Origin: Nitrospirota bacterium
GTDB lineage: Bacteria; Nitrospirota; Nitrospiria; Nitrospirales; Nitrospiraceae
Assembly (NCBI GenBank): GCA_963703955.1
Contig: CAVPGK010000013.1
Span: 64,001-128,000, forward strand
Direction: 5' to 3'
DNA: 64,000 nucleotides
Made by a program: the position numbers and the translations under genes. The notes below the pieces were generated by a model. The model had not been told where the DNA came from, searched no databases, and was given only the letters and a program-made list of their open reading frames with translations. Of this stretch, positions 1 through 10,577 are shown in pieces; position 1 is the stretch's first letter, and each line of letters begins with the position of its first letter.

Positions 1-444
1 CCCGCTGAGAATATCCTCTCTCTGCTCCTGGTGTTGAGTGTCTGTTTCCTCGTCGGTGTCGCCGTCCGCGCCCCAACGGGGCGAGCGATTCGGGAGCGCA
101 TTGAGAAATCTCTGTTCGAAAGAATCCCCGGCTACGCACTCTTTCGGAGTTTGACCCAACGCCTGGCCGGCGAGAGTGACGAGAACGTGTGGCAGCCGGC
201 GCTGGCCGAGATTGAGGATGCCCTCGTGCCGGCCTTCATCATTGAGGAGTTAGAGGACGGGCGCTTCACCGTCTTCGTCCCCTCGATCCCCACGCCCCTG
301 GCTGGCGCCGTGTATGTCCTGAGCCGGGACCGCGTGCATCCCTTGGACGTCCCCTTCACGCAGGCTATCCAGACCGTCTCTCGGTGGGGGTCAGGGGCCA
401 AAGATCTCGTGGCGGCGATGCAAACGGAGAAGACCGTAAAATAG
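1..444 (+). CDS. DUF502-family membrane protein (5' end truncated by window edge)
   Basis: ORF 31..444 is open from the window start; motifs ERIPGY and TVFVPSIPTPLAG are typical of DUF502. Confidence 0.75.
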   Translation, partial: PAENILSLLLVLSVCFLVGVAVRAPTGRAIRERIEKSLFERIPGYALFRSLTQRLAGESDENVWQPALAEIEDALVPAFIIEELEDGRFTVFVPSIPTPLAGAVYVLSRDRVHPLDVPFTQAIQTVSRWGSGAKDLVAAMQTEKTVK

Positions 445-597
445 GACTCTAGTCGACTGTGTTCGGTAGTCCTTACGGAGTTGATCCAAAACGAAAGAAA
501 TGTTGATACAGAATGGCATTGTCAATGCTGATCCCTCGCAAATCGAAATCGCAAATCTTCAACCGTCAATCAGTCATTCGAACGAAAAGAGGCGGTC

Positions 598-2001
598 ATG
601 GTGAAATTTGCAGGGCGGTTTCGGGCATTGGCATTGCTGCTCTGTTGCATGGCCGCATGGGCGGGACAGGCGGCGGGGCAAGTGAAAGGAACCGCCACGT
701 ACCGGGAGCGCATGGCACTCCCGCCCGACGCGGTGTTTGAAGCCACGCTGGAAGATGTCTCGAAAGCCGATGCCCCGGCCGAGGTGATTGGCCAGGCTCG
801 CATCGAACGGCCCGGCAATCCGCCGATTCGGTTCGAGATCACCTACGACCCGTCACGCATCAATCCGCGCCACCGCTACGCGGTGCGGGCACGCATCCTC
901 GTTGGCGGGAAGCTGTTCTTCACCACCGACCAGAGTTACCCAGTGCTCACCGGGGGGCAGGGCAACGAGGTGGCGCTGCTGTTGCGCCGGGCGGGCTTCT
1001 TCGGAGCCGGTTGGTGGAGGTGCTGGGCCCTTGGGGACACTGCCGGCGACGCTTTGCCGGCGATCTGCCCTGCGCCGATTGCCCCGGCATTCGCCATCAG
1101 TTGGAGCTGTTTCCAGGACCAGGCTTTCTTCCTGCGAATGACTTACCTTGGCAAGGGCGATGACGCCAGCTTCGATGACATCGGCAGCTGGACGGTTGCG
1201 AGCGATCGGCGCACGTTGGTGCTCTTCGGCGGCCGGGAGGCGCCGCTAAGGTTTGCCATCAAGGATGCCAACACGCTGCGCAAGCTGGACTTGGAGGGCC
1301 GCGAGATCGTCTCGTCCCTCAACTACGATTTGAAAAGGACCGAGGACCAGCAGGCCGCTGGAACCGCGGCTGCTCATGCGCGGGATGTACAAGTACTTCG
1401 CTGATGCCGGCCGGTTCACCGAGTGCCTGACCCGCAAGAACTGGCCGGTGGCACAGGAGCAGGACAACGCCGCGCTGGAATCCGCCTATTCCAAGGCGCG
1501 GCGCCAGCCCGGCGAGGAATTGCTGGTCAACCTGGAAGGTCGCGTGGCGATGCGGCCCAAGATGGAGGGCGAAGGGCAGCAACCCACGCTGGTGGTCGAG
1601 CGGTTCATCGGCGTCTGGCCCGGGGAAACCTGCGGGTCGCGGTTCTCCACCGAGCCGCTGGAAAACACCTACTGGAAGCTGACCCGCCTGGGCGACGCCG
1701 CCGGTAATTGTGGCTTCGCAGCAACGGGAACCGCATTTCATCCTCAACCCGGAGTCTCGGCGCGTAGCGGATCGGGTGGCTGCAACCGGCTGATGGGCAG
1801 CTACGAGCTGAATGGCGACAAGCTGACCTTCGGCCAGATGGCCGGCACCATGATGGCCTGTCCGGAAGGCATGGACACCGAGAAGGCATTCCTGGAGGCG
1901 CTGAAGCAAGTGAACAAGTGGAAGATCGTAGGACAACACCTCGAGCTGTTTGACGCGCCGGCAACCTGGTGGCCCGCTTTGAAGCCCGTCACATGAAGTA
2001 A
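598..2001 (+). CDS. YbaY + NlpE-N-like + META (HslJ) multidomain exported protein, split by several frameshifts
   Basis: Signal peptide, then YbaY motif GTATYRERMALPPDA...DVSKADAPA; NlpE-like LPCADCPGI in an alternate frame; META motif GSGGCNRLMGSY...TMMAC. Pieces lie in ORFs 598..1404 and 1376..1996; stop TAA at 1999-2001. Confidence 0.75.
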
Positions 2002-2050
2002 CCGCTTCACTTGTTTTCCTACGATCCTGTCATCGCGAAGGAGGGCACGC

Positions 2051-2200
2051 ATGAGTCCTCAGGCGCCGGTGTCTGCCTGGGTTTGGTGGCATTGGCGACG
2101 GTCGGATGCGCCGGACCCTTGCTCGGGCCGCTGAGCATTCCCACCGCCCGCTTCGACTACAACGAAGCGATCTCGCACTCCTAAGACGAGCAGTTGCTGC
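2051..2200 (+). pseudogene. Truncated lipoprotein N-terminus
   Basis: Reads ...ATVGCAGPLLGPLSIPTARFDYNEAISHS*DEQLL, then breaks off before a new promoter. Confidence 0.45.
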
Positions 2201-2253
2201 GACGAAGTTCGACCTCCGAACTATCAGGCGGCAGGAGTCCCGCGAAATGTCTA

Positions 2254-2287
2254 CTTGACAAGTTTTCGTAACTGAGTGATAGTCCGC
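2254..2287 (+). promoter_or_regulatory. Sigma70-type promoter, paralogous to 4557..4590
   Basis: TTGACA-N17-GATAGT; 28/34 nt identical to 4557..4590. Confidence 0.6.
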
Positions 2288-2346
2288 CCGCGCTGCGGTA
2301 GGAGGTTCCCCCTGGAATCAATCCACAGGATTGGAGGTCATCAAAC

Positions 2347-2766
2347 GTGGGAATCCCGACGCATGAGCAGTTGGATAAAGTCGTCAACGACCACTTCATC
2401 TACGAGATAACCGACGACATCGACGGCGTGCTTCGGACGTTTACGGACACTGCCGAGCATGAAGTCATCGGTGGACCGGATGGCCCTCTGCGGGGGAAGG
2501 CTGCGCTGCGCCGCTTCTACGAACGCCTATTCCCGGACCTCAAGGGAGAGCGCGTTGAGCCCGTGATGCGTCTCTACGCGGACGATTTTGTCATTGACGA
2601 GACCATTTGGATCGGCCATGTGGTCGATGGACGTCCGTTCAAACTGGACGGCAGGAGCGGAAAGGTTCGTGTCCGACTCCTGCACGTCTTTAAGGTGCGC
2701 AACGGACTTATTGCAAAGGAGAATGTTTGGTTCGACTTCGATGCGCTCAAGCGTCAGCTCGTCTAA
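2347..2766 (+). CDS. SnoaL/NTF2-like (ester cyclase family) protein
   Basis: GGAGG RBS and GTG start; DIDGVLRTF...GKAALRRFY...LHVFKVRNGLIAKENVWFD. Confidence 0.8.
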   Translation: MGIPTHEQLDKVVNDHFIYEITDDIDGVLRTFTDTAEHEVIGGPDGPLRGKAALRRFYERLFPDLKGERVEPVMRLYADDFVIDETIWIGHVVDGRPFKLDGRSGKVRVRLLHVFKVRNGLIAKENVWFDFDALKRQLV

Positions 2767-2784
2767 TCGGGCCGGAGCCTGACA

Positions 2785-3736
2785 ATGGCCGATGCATTTT
2801 TTACCTTTCACGGCCAGACGCGCGCTGTTACATCTATTCGCCGTGATGCGAACGGTCAGGCACAATCGCTTAATGCTTCCATCTCCGACGGCGATACGAT
2901 CGGTGTTCATGTCGAGGGTAGTGGATCTGTCCGTTTTCTCGGCATCGACAGTCCCGAAAAATCTTTCCAACTGCCTGGCTCGTCAGCGACTCGCCGTCTC
3001 GATTCAGCGGAATGGGAAACCTATCTCACCGATCCGTTTCTCCCGCACTTTGGCCCATTTGATCTCGACGAGCATCTCGTCGGCCACTTGCGCAGCCGCA
3101 TCGGACCTGGGGCGGGCGTGAACCATCGGCTCTTCGCCGACAATGCCGAGCAAGCGCTGATCGCGCTGGTTCAGTCCGACATGACCGCCCTCGGACAGAA
3201 CCTGAATACGTTCGGGTACTTCCTTGCCTTCTCGTTCGAGGTATTCGATGGGTTCGGGCGCTTCCTTGCTTTCATTAACAGAAACCAACCTGACGCCAAT
3301 ACACGGGCCCCTTTCCTACAATGAGCGGATGCTCGAAAAAGGCGCGGCTCTGCCGTATTTCATCTGGCCGAACATCGATCCATTCCGTGCCTCGTCTCTT
3401 CTCGATGCGGTCATGGCTCCCGGAACTGCGAATCAAGTTGCCGAGGCGACTCCGGCTCTGAGCCGGGCTCGCAACTTCGTCCGCCAAGCCCGCACGAACG
3501 GACTTGGCGTCTTCAGCCCAGCAAATCCGCTCCGCTTTGAGGCTTTCGAGGTGCGCTATTTGGGTCGGCGCGAGCCGCCCAATCGGGCCGTTATTGATTT
3601 GAACCGCAATGACGACGTGGTTCGTCGACCGCAGAGCTACTTTCGCATTCCCAATCCGGAAGACAGACTGTTCATCCCTCTTCCATTCGTTCCGCTCTTT
3701 GTCTCTCGTGGATGGCGACTCGAAGGTTGGTTCTAA
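2785..3736 (+). CDS. Thermonuclease (SNase-like) protein, frameshift near 3300-3315
   Basis: SNase motifs ISDGDT and VRFLGIDSPE, plus FDGFGRFLAFI; continues in ORF 3224..3736 (YNERMLEKGAA...ARTNGLGVF). Confidence 0.7.
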
Positions 3737-3858
3737 GTAAGCTAGCTTGGGGCCTAGGAACGAGTCGCGGAGGAATCTCCTCGAGGACCCTTCCGTGCCT
3801 AACAAAACGCTGTTCCCGGCGAGTTAGCTTGCTCGTCTAACCGGGGCAGGGAGCTTTT

Positions 3859-4404
3859 TCACTCCTTCCGTTCTTGGTGATCTCCTCCACGATACAGGTG
3901 TTGAGGCATCCTGCTGCATGAAACTTCGCACCTTGTTGCCACATCTGAGCTAAGAGCGCCTTGCCTTTCAGGGTCGATGAAGGTCACCCCTGTGAGATCG
4001 ACCAGCAAAAATAGACAGGCGGACTGGACACCGATGTCTCTGAGTGCCGCCATCCCCATCGTGAACCGAGTTTCCTCGGCTAGAGACGGAATAATCAACG
4101 GTTGTTGGTGGGCCCATACCCAGCCACTAGAGGACTCCTCGATCGGGAGTTCGAGCCCATCGAGCCGGATCGCGAGGCGGTGCGCCGCTACTGTTTCCAA
4201 TACGTGGACCTTCATCATATTCCTTGCGGGATCATGAAGGATCAAGCCGATAAAGTCGAACGCAGCGACGGCAGGAAGGCACTGTGCGAGATCCCGAAAC
4301 AGCGATGAAAGGTCGCGGCTGGTTGCGATGGATTCCGAGACCTCCAGCAGAGCTTGATACTGCTCTGCTAGAGTCTCAGAGAGAGGCACAGAATGTCTAT
4401 TCAT
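3859..4404 (-). pseudogene. Chimeric remnant: FhlA-like GAF N-terminus joined to a STAS-like C-terminal fragment
   Basis: EQYQALLEVSESIATSRDLSSLFRDL...SACL (GAF) switches abruptly to LVDLTGVTFIDPE (STAS-like). Confidence 0.55.
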
Positions 4405-4556
4405 AGGGTCCTCAGTATGCGCCTTTGGTCGTGCCCGCTCAAGTGGGGCCCGGCCTCCGATTCGGACTTGAAAGGCTGTTTGCTCAAGATAGTCGTCGAG
4501 CAAGTCCAAAATCGACCAGGGTTCTCCCTGGCACAGCGGGCTGAGGGAATAAAATC

Positions 4557-4590
4557 CTTGACAATATTTCGTTAGCGAGTGATATTCCGC
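4557..4590 (+). promoter_or_regulatory. Sigma70-type promoter upstream of the TIR operon
   Basis: TTGACA-N17-GATATT; paralog of 2254..2287. Confidence 0.6.
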
Positions 4591-4862
4591 GCAGAATAGG
4601 GTTTCGCTTGGATAGGCGAGCTGCCGTGTCTAGGCTGGTAGGATCATGGTCGCCCCAGCCGACCGCCGTCAGTGACGGTTGGCGGCATGGCGTTGGGCAG
4701 CATTGGCTCAGCTCGCAGTATTCTACGCCTGCTTGATCCAGACGCCGCTACACGATTACCCAATCACTCGGCATGGTCTGCCCAGCATGGACAGGTACGA
4801 TGTGTGAAGCAGTACTCCCACCGCTGCCGCAGAATGGAGCAGCAAGATGAATTGCGCCTAAC

Positions 4863-6164
4863 ATGCATGATCATGCACCCAGGTCTGTGCTCATGGTCTT
4901 GGCTTTGTCAGCCTGCTTGACCGTTTTGACCGCCGACTTGTCCTCCACTTGGGCGGCAACGACGCTCGGAGACATTACGTTTCCAGATATCCCACCCCGA
5001 CCACTTCCCTTGCGTTCGGTTTCGTCTGAGCCTGGATCCTTGAGATACCTATGGGAAAATGCGGGCGTTAGCTTCGGTGCCATTGCTCAGCCCGAGGATG
5101 GCATCGCTGTGGCGAAGCTCGAATACCGGCCAACAGCTCCGAACGGGGAGCGACTAGCTGTCCACCTTCGTACCGCACAGGGAACAGAGGCGACAGCTAC
5201 TGCCCGACTTTATGATTGGCAACTCATTCCAATTGCCAACCTGGTAATGGATGATGCCAACGGACTGGTCACACTATTTGGAAAACTCGAGGATGACAAG
5301 AAGACGAAGGAAGCCCGTGAAAGGGGCGACCTCATCGTAAACTTGCATCCCAATCTTGCCGATACGCTCCTCGGTCTGCGTCTTATTCAGGCGGATATGC
5401 TGATGCTTTTTAGTAACGATCCTGAAAAAAGAGATAGAATTGCTCGCGCCATCTGTTTCGATTTGCCCAAGGAGAGCGGGAAGTATCTGTTAGGGGAAGG
5501 AGAGGCTGTCCCGGATCAAGCGGCAAATCAGACCAACTACATGCGGCTCAAACAACAGGTAAAGAAGCTCGAAGATCAACACGGGCCGTATCGGTCTTTT
5601 CTTATCTCAGATGAGTTTCAGACCGTTTCCTTTAGCAATAAGAGCGGATATCTAGAACTGACAGGATACCCGCGTTGGTGGTTCTGGCGTTTGCCTTCCG
5701 ACAATGAGGCAACACTGTCACGTCTAGCCAAGGACCTGTCAGAAAAGGCTGTAGCCCAACTCGATGAGCAGCTTAAGAGGGATATTGATGGGCATTTCTC
5801 CGGCAAGTATACCCCGACCAACAAGCGCAAGCGGGTTTCGGAAATCTATGAACGGTTGTGGGATCAAGCTGTCGCTCCTGGACCCCACACCCTGCCCGAG
5901 TTTCTGAATGAATGGACGGCCGAAGTTTCGAAGGGTATGCGCGATGCAGATGGTATCAACCCTGCAGTTTATCGAGCTCTGGTCAGCACGATGCGCTATC
6001 GAGCGTTCTTTCGTTACGTCAAGAACGTTTCGCCCGAAACCTATGCGACCTTTGTACGTTCGCTGCCAAACCAAAAGACGACCAAAACACTTGTAACACC
6101 AACTGTCATACCACTGGGAGATATTTTGAGAAAGGCCGCGGGTTCATTAGAGAGAAGCAAATGA
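4863..6164 (+). CDS. Hypothetical exported protein (433 aa)
   Basis: Long ORF with a hydrophobic N-terminal signal-like segment; its stop overlaps the next ATG (ATGA at 6161-6164). Confidence 0.75.
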   Translation: MHDHAPRSVLMVLALSACLTVLTADLSSTWAATTLGDITFPDIPPRPLPLRSVSSEPGSLRYLWENAGVSFGAIAQPEDGIAVAKLEYRPTAPNGERLAVHLRTAQGTEATATARLYDWQLIPIANLVMDDANGLVTLFGKLEDDKKTKEARERGDLIVNLHPNLADTLLGLRLIQADMLMLFSNDPEKRDRIARAICFDLPKESGKYLLGEGEAVPDQAANQTNYMRLKQQVKKLEDQHGPYRSFLISDEFQTVSFSNKSGYLELTGYPRWWFWRLPSDNEATLSRLAKDLSEKAVAQLDEQLKRDIDGHFSGKYTPTNKRKRVSEIYERLWDQAVAPGPHTLPEFLNEWTAEVSKGMRDADGINPAVYRALVSTMRYRAFFRYVKNVSPETYATFVRSLPNQKTTKTLVTPTVIPLGDILRKAAGSLERSK

Positions 6165-7751
6165 CTCCGGATTAGGACCTTCGTGAGTTTCTCGAGTAAG
6201 AATCATCCCTTTATTCGGCGCTTGCTTGCGAGGTTGTCCGACCAAGGATTGAATCCGTGGGACTATTCCGCGGAGGGACAGGAAATTCCCGCGGGAAAGG
6301 CCATCGCGCACGCGCTGGTCGAAAAGATCGCTCAAGCGGATCTGTTTCTGCCCGTCGTGTCTTCTCAAAGTTGCTCATCTCGTCACTGTCGAGATGAAAT
6401 AAAGCATGCATTGGATCGGCTCCAACATGCGCCTCTCGTCATTGTGCCGTTAGTCGATGCTGTTGTGGCACAAAAGAAATGGCCAGCGGAATATAACCGG
6501 TTACAGAGGTTGGGTTTGCGATACTGCCTCGTTCACCTGGAAGAGCCGCTACAGGTCGAAGGGCCATTGCAGGAGATCTGTCAACAAATCAATACGCCGT
6601 ACCACCCTCCGCTGAACGAGGTGGAAAACTTTCCATTCATGTTGAGGCTCCACCAGGAGTTAAAGGATAAGATACCGAACAGAAAGGGAAGAGAGGGACG
6701 AGAGAACAGCGTTTTTCGCCAGCTCATGAGTGCCCAAAACGAGTTTGTGAAGGCGATGAAGGGCAGGAGCTTTGACAAAGCCTCGGAATATGTGGAGCAT
6801 ATCATCCAGACGTGCAAATTTGAGTTCCCCGACACCCATTTCTACTTTCCCTATATTGCGAAGGCTGTTTGCCAGATCTCTTGTGGGCGGCTCGACGAAG
6901 CGGAAGCGACTCTGGTGCCTCTGCTCCATAGCCCACTGCTGGACGAAAACGTCTTCGGAGCCTTAGGTCACATCAGGAGTCGGCAAGGTCGATATCGGGA
7001 GGCAATGCAGGCCTACCAGGAGGCGTTCCGGCGAGATCCGCACGACCTGGCTGCCTTGTATGGGGAAGTTATGAATGCTTTATTTTGCGGGGAAACTCGA
7101 GACTATGAAATAATGCGTGCTCGAATTGAGTCGTTATCGCCTGATGAAAAATACCCGCACCACAAATTGAAGGCCTTGCTCGCACTTCTTCTGATTACTA
7201 AGGGACGCCACGAAGAAGCCGAGCGGCTATTTCATGAGATCACCGACAGGCCGGAGGCCATGGTTGGTGCAGTCGTGCATTGGGCGGAGAGCCTTGTAAG
7301 GCAGGGCAAGGCTGGTGAGGCCTTAACAATGTTGGATGGGTTCTGGGACCGGCTCAACCATGACGCTGCCTATCTTGAGGAAGTGGCCTTAGTCGCACAT
7401 TCTGTTAAAAACCTTGAACGGTCTCTGCAGGTACTGGATATTCTCGCAGCTCGATATCCAACTAACCGGAGACACGTTGCCAGTAAGGCGGCCGTGCTCT
7501 GGTATCTAGGAAGAAGGGAGAGTGCCCGTGCGCTAGCAGAGCAAGTCCTGGACAACCGCCGGTATCCCCCGCCAAGAACGCAACAAGACTTCTACTACAA
7601 TGGCCTGGCCAATTGGTTTCTCAAACGGCGTGACAGAGCCAACTATGATTTTGATTTTTCCGGAAAAGCTCAAAACCATCATTACTCATGCATGTTTCCC
7701 AATGGTGCCCCAGCGAAGTCGACAAAGAGCAGGGTAGCAAGGAGGCGGTGA
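6161..7751 (+). CDS. TIR domain + TPR-repeat protein
   Basis: TIR features FVSFSSK...ADLFLPVVSSQSCSSRHCRDEI with the candidate catalytic Glu; TPRs such as ALGHIRSRQGRYREAMQAYQEAFRRDP. Removing one base near 6170 joins ATG 6161 (MTPIRTFVSFSS) to ORF 6183..7751. Confidence 0.85.
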
Positions 7752-8146
7752 TGATAAGTTTTTTCGAAGAGGGTCGTCATGCTGGTCGCTCGCCCACCCT
7801 TGTGGGCATTCTCGCCACAATGCTCGTTAGCTTGGTGGTGGAAATTCCCATGCCGAGGGTTGTGGAAGCCGCGGGGGCACCGTCATCACGAGGGGCGCAG
7901 AAAGGTAAGTTTTCCGGGCCTGGACAGGGAGGTCATCCTGGGCCGATAGGTCATCCAATTGGGCCGATAAGTCATCCAAATCCTTCGGTTCGATCCAACG
8001 TGAAAGAGATGCGGGGATTCTATAGGGAGATGGGCTTAAAGGAAGCGCAGAGAAAAGTCATGGGCGCGGGCTATAATGAGCTCATGGCCGGCCTCTTCGA
8101 TCCGCCCAAGAGCATTCCTCACGAATATGATTACATATTCAAGTAA
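7751..8146 (+). CDS. Hypothetical protein with hydrophobic segment and Gly/Pro/His-rich stretch; may extend to 8375 across a frameshift
   Basis: GGAGG RBS; ATG overlaps the TIR-TPR stop (TGATG); GHPGPIGHPIGPISHP repeat. Confidence 0.5.
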   Translation: MISFFEEGRHAGRSPTLVGILATMLVSLVVEIPMPRVVEAAGAPSSRGAQKGKFSGPGQGGHPGPIGHPIGPISHPNPSVRSNVKEMRGFYREMGLKEAQRKVMGAGYNELMAGLFDPPKSIPHEYDYIFK

Positions 8147-8410
8147 ACCGGTGTTCAGGAGTCACAATGAAATGTTCGCTCAACCGACGCTCCAGAGACC
8201 GCCGTTCCGGCTCCTGCTGCGTGATGGTCAGGGCGCGCTGGTAGGAGCTTCGGGGTTGAGACAGCGGATTACTGATCATCAAATCAAGATTGCGCTCGAA
8301 CATCAACGTACTATTCCTGATCAGCCTCATCCGGCATTGGGAAGTCGAGATCAAAGCTTGGGAGTACACTGTTAAGAATTTGGAGCGACGGCTGAAGAAA
8401 GGGAAACGCC

Positions 8411-8683
8411 ATGATTAAGAAACGAGGGCAGTCAACTGTTGCTGAAGCGCGTTCCTTCCTCATGCCATCGAATTCTCTACTGGATAATCACTTTGATGAA
8501 ATTCTTGAGACGATCGAGGAGATTAGGGGACTTGTCGCGATCTTGAAATCTCTTTCGTCTGGGGATGAGAAACGAGACGAGTATGAAGGACGACTCTACG
8601 TGGCTCTGACCCACCTCGACCACCATGTTAAACCGGCCATCAAGGAGTGGGGCGGCGTCGTAGATCGTATGCCCAATGACTGA
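8411..8683 (+). CDS. Small hypothetical protein
   Basis: 90-aa ORF with a purine-rich RBS. Confidence 0.5.
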   Translation: MIKKRGQSTVAEARSFLMPSNSLLDNHFDEILETIEEIRGLVAILKSLSSGDEKRDEYEGRLYVALTHLDHHVKPAIKEWGGVVDRMPND

Positions 8684-9017
8684 TGACCTCAGCGCTTCCT
8701 CATTCTATCCATAGTTCCACGTTGATCTTTGCAAGGTCGGCCATCATCGCTTGATCGACGACTTTGAGCCATTCCCCTTGTGATCCAGCCTAAAGCCGCT
8801 TTGCTCTGAGTAGGCAGGCTTCAATCAGGTTTCGGGGTATGCTTGATAGCTGGCTGTCGACGGCTGAACGCATTCTCTCTATGTCAACGTCTGTTGAAGG
8901 AGGGATGACCTATTCTCTGCGCGGGTCCGAGTCCGCGAACTCAGCTCGAGCGCGATCCGTTAGACCTCGACCACCTGTCATGATGACAAAAGGCACACGC
9001 TGGGTTATCATCTTGGC

Positions 9018-9299
9018 GTGAGCACGTACCGATGGAGCGAGAAGAAGAACGAGCAACTGAAGCGGACGCGGGGTATTTCGTTTGAAGACGTTATTCTGGC
9101 GCTTGAATCCGGCGGGCTCCTTGATGTCCTAACGCACCCGAATCCGAGGCGATATCCGAACCAGAAGGTGCTCGTTGTGGCGGTGATGGAGTATATCTAT
9201 CTCGTTCCTCACGTCGAGGAACCCGACCACGTACTTCTCAAGACCATCATCCCAAGCCGAAAAGCCATGCGGGACTACGGAAAAAGAGGTGAAAAATGA
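9018..9299 (+). CDS. brnT: BrnT-family toxin
   Basis: WSEKKNEQLKRTRGISFEDV...LKTIIPSRKA. Confidence 0.8.
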   Translation: MSTYRWSEKKNEQLKRTRGISFEDVILALESGGLLDVLTHPNPRRYPNQKVLVVAVMEYIYLVPHVEEPDHVLLKTIIPSRKAMRDYGKRGEK

Positions 9300-9619
9300 A
9301 GGGACTTGATCAGTACGAGAAGCGGATTCTCTCTGCGTACGAAAGGGGCAGGCTCAGATCAGTCGTGACATCAGAGGCCTCGTTGCGTCGATACCGGGAA
9401 TATGCGCGCGCTACTCTTATCAAGAACCGACGGGTGAATATCCGCCTATCTACGCTGGACCTGGCGGATATCCAGGCACGAGCGGCAGAGGAAGGCATAC
9501 CGTATCAGACCCTTATGGCGAGTGTACTGCACAAATTCGTGACTGGCCGTCTCCAGGAGCGAAGGTCAAGTCTAACCTCGCGTTCAAGACGCACGGCCCG
9601 CAAGCGCACCGCCGCATAG
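9296..9619 (+). CDS. CopG/BrnA-like antitoxin
   Basis: RVNIRLS...AAEEGIPYQTLMASVLHKFV (ribbon-helix-helix); ATGA overlap with the toxin. Confidence 0.8.
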   Translation: MKGLDQYEKRILSAYERGRLRSVVTSEASLRRYREYARATLIKNRRVNIRLSTLDLADIQARAAEEGIPYQTLMASVLHKFVTGRLQERRSSLTSRSRRTARKRTAA

Positions 9620-9632
9620 CGTAGCGTTAGTC
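9570..9632 (+). repeat. attC recombination site
   Basis: R'' GTCTAAC, L''-like CGCGTTCAAG, internal imperfect palindrome, R' GTTAGTC; 63 bp. Confidence 0.7.
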
Positions 9633-9773
9633 GATGGCGAAGGACATCCAATCCAACCTGAGACCGCAGCGAGGTCACGCCAGTTTACGAGCGGCCCGAC
9701 CGGGACCTGATGCCTAACTAACAGGGAGGATTCGCTTACCATCTTCACGGTATCTGGTGTAGAGGAGCGGTGT

Positions 9774-10577
9774 ATGAGGGAGCCCACTTTGCAAGGTCAA
9801 GTCGATGCTGCGAGGGCATACGAGGCGCTGTTTGTCCCGGCCCTCTTCGGGCAGTGGGTCTCGATGGTGGCGGATATCGCGCAGATCCAGCCTGGTCAAA
9901 GAGTGCTCGACGTAGCGTGCGGGACTGGAATCCTCGCCCGCACAGTGAGCTCGCGAACAGGTCCAAGCGCATATGTCGCCGGGCTGGACCTTAGTCCCGG
10001 AATGTTGGCGGTGGCCAAAGAGCTTGCGCCCGCAGTCGACTGGCGTCGGGGTGCGGCCGAGTCGATACCCTTCGAGGATCGGTCCTTCGACAGGGTCGTG
10101 AGCCAGTTCGGCCTCATGTTTTTCGCGGATCGGGGCCGAGCACTCCGCGAGATGCTGCGCGTATTGGCCCCGGGAGGTCGTTTGGTCGTTGTTGTTTGGG
10201 ACTCTCTTGACAACATACCCGCGTACGCGGCCGAGGTGGCGCTCCTTGAACGGCTCGCGGGAACGCGAGCTGCCGATGCTCTCCGTGCGCCATTCGTTCT
10301 CGGAGCTCGGCAGAATCTTGCCTCGTTGTTTAGGGAGGCCGGCGCGGCCTCAGTCGAAATGACAACTCATCACGGCACGGCGCGATTTCCGAGCGTTCGC
10401 GTCATGGTCGAAGCCGACCTGAGAGGATGGTTGCCGTTGGTGGGAGTGATCCTGACCGAGGAACAAATCGAACGCATCCTGCAAGAAGCGGAGCCTGCTC
10501 TTAGCTCCTACGTTACTGCGGAGGGGCGGGTCGCTTTTGAGTTACCGGCACATGTCGTCACGGCCACGAAGTCGTAG
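9774..10577 (+). CDS. Class I SAM-dependent methyltransferase (UbiE-like)
   Basis: VLDVACGTG; FDRVVSQFGLMFF; GAGGAG RBS. Confidence 0.9.
   Translation: MREPTLQGQVDAARAYEALFVPALFGQWVSMVADIAQIQPGQRVLDVACGTGILARTVSSRTGPSAYVAGLDLSPGMLAVAKELAPAVDWRRGAAESIPFEDRSFDRVVSQFGLMFFADRGRALREMLRVLAPGGRLVVVVWDSLDNIPAYAAEVALLERLAGTRAADALRAPFVLGARQNLASLFREAGAASVEMTTHHGTARFPSVRVMVEADLRGWLPLVGVILTEEQIERILQEAEPALSSYVTAEGRVAFELPAHVVTATKS

Larger units (their letters stand above)
8959..9632 (+). mobile_element. Integron-type gene cassette carrying a toxin-antitoxin pair
   Basis: Begins GTTAGAC (8959-8965) after the 3' half of an attC (CAGCTCGAGCGCGATCCGTTAGAC); the complementary GTCTAAC at 9570-9576 opens an attC that ends in GTTAGTC at 9626-9632. 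Confidence 0.75.

Noticed and set aside
8680..8910. Minus-strand reading with an internal stop
   Set aside because: No family is recognisable and there is no start, so it is not called as a feature.
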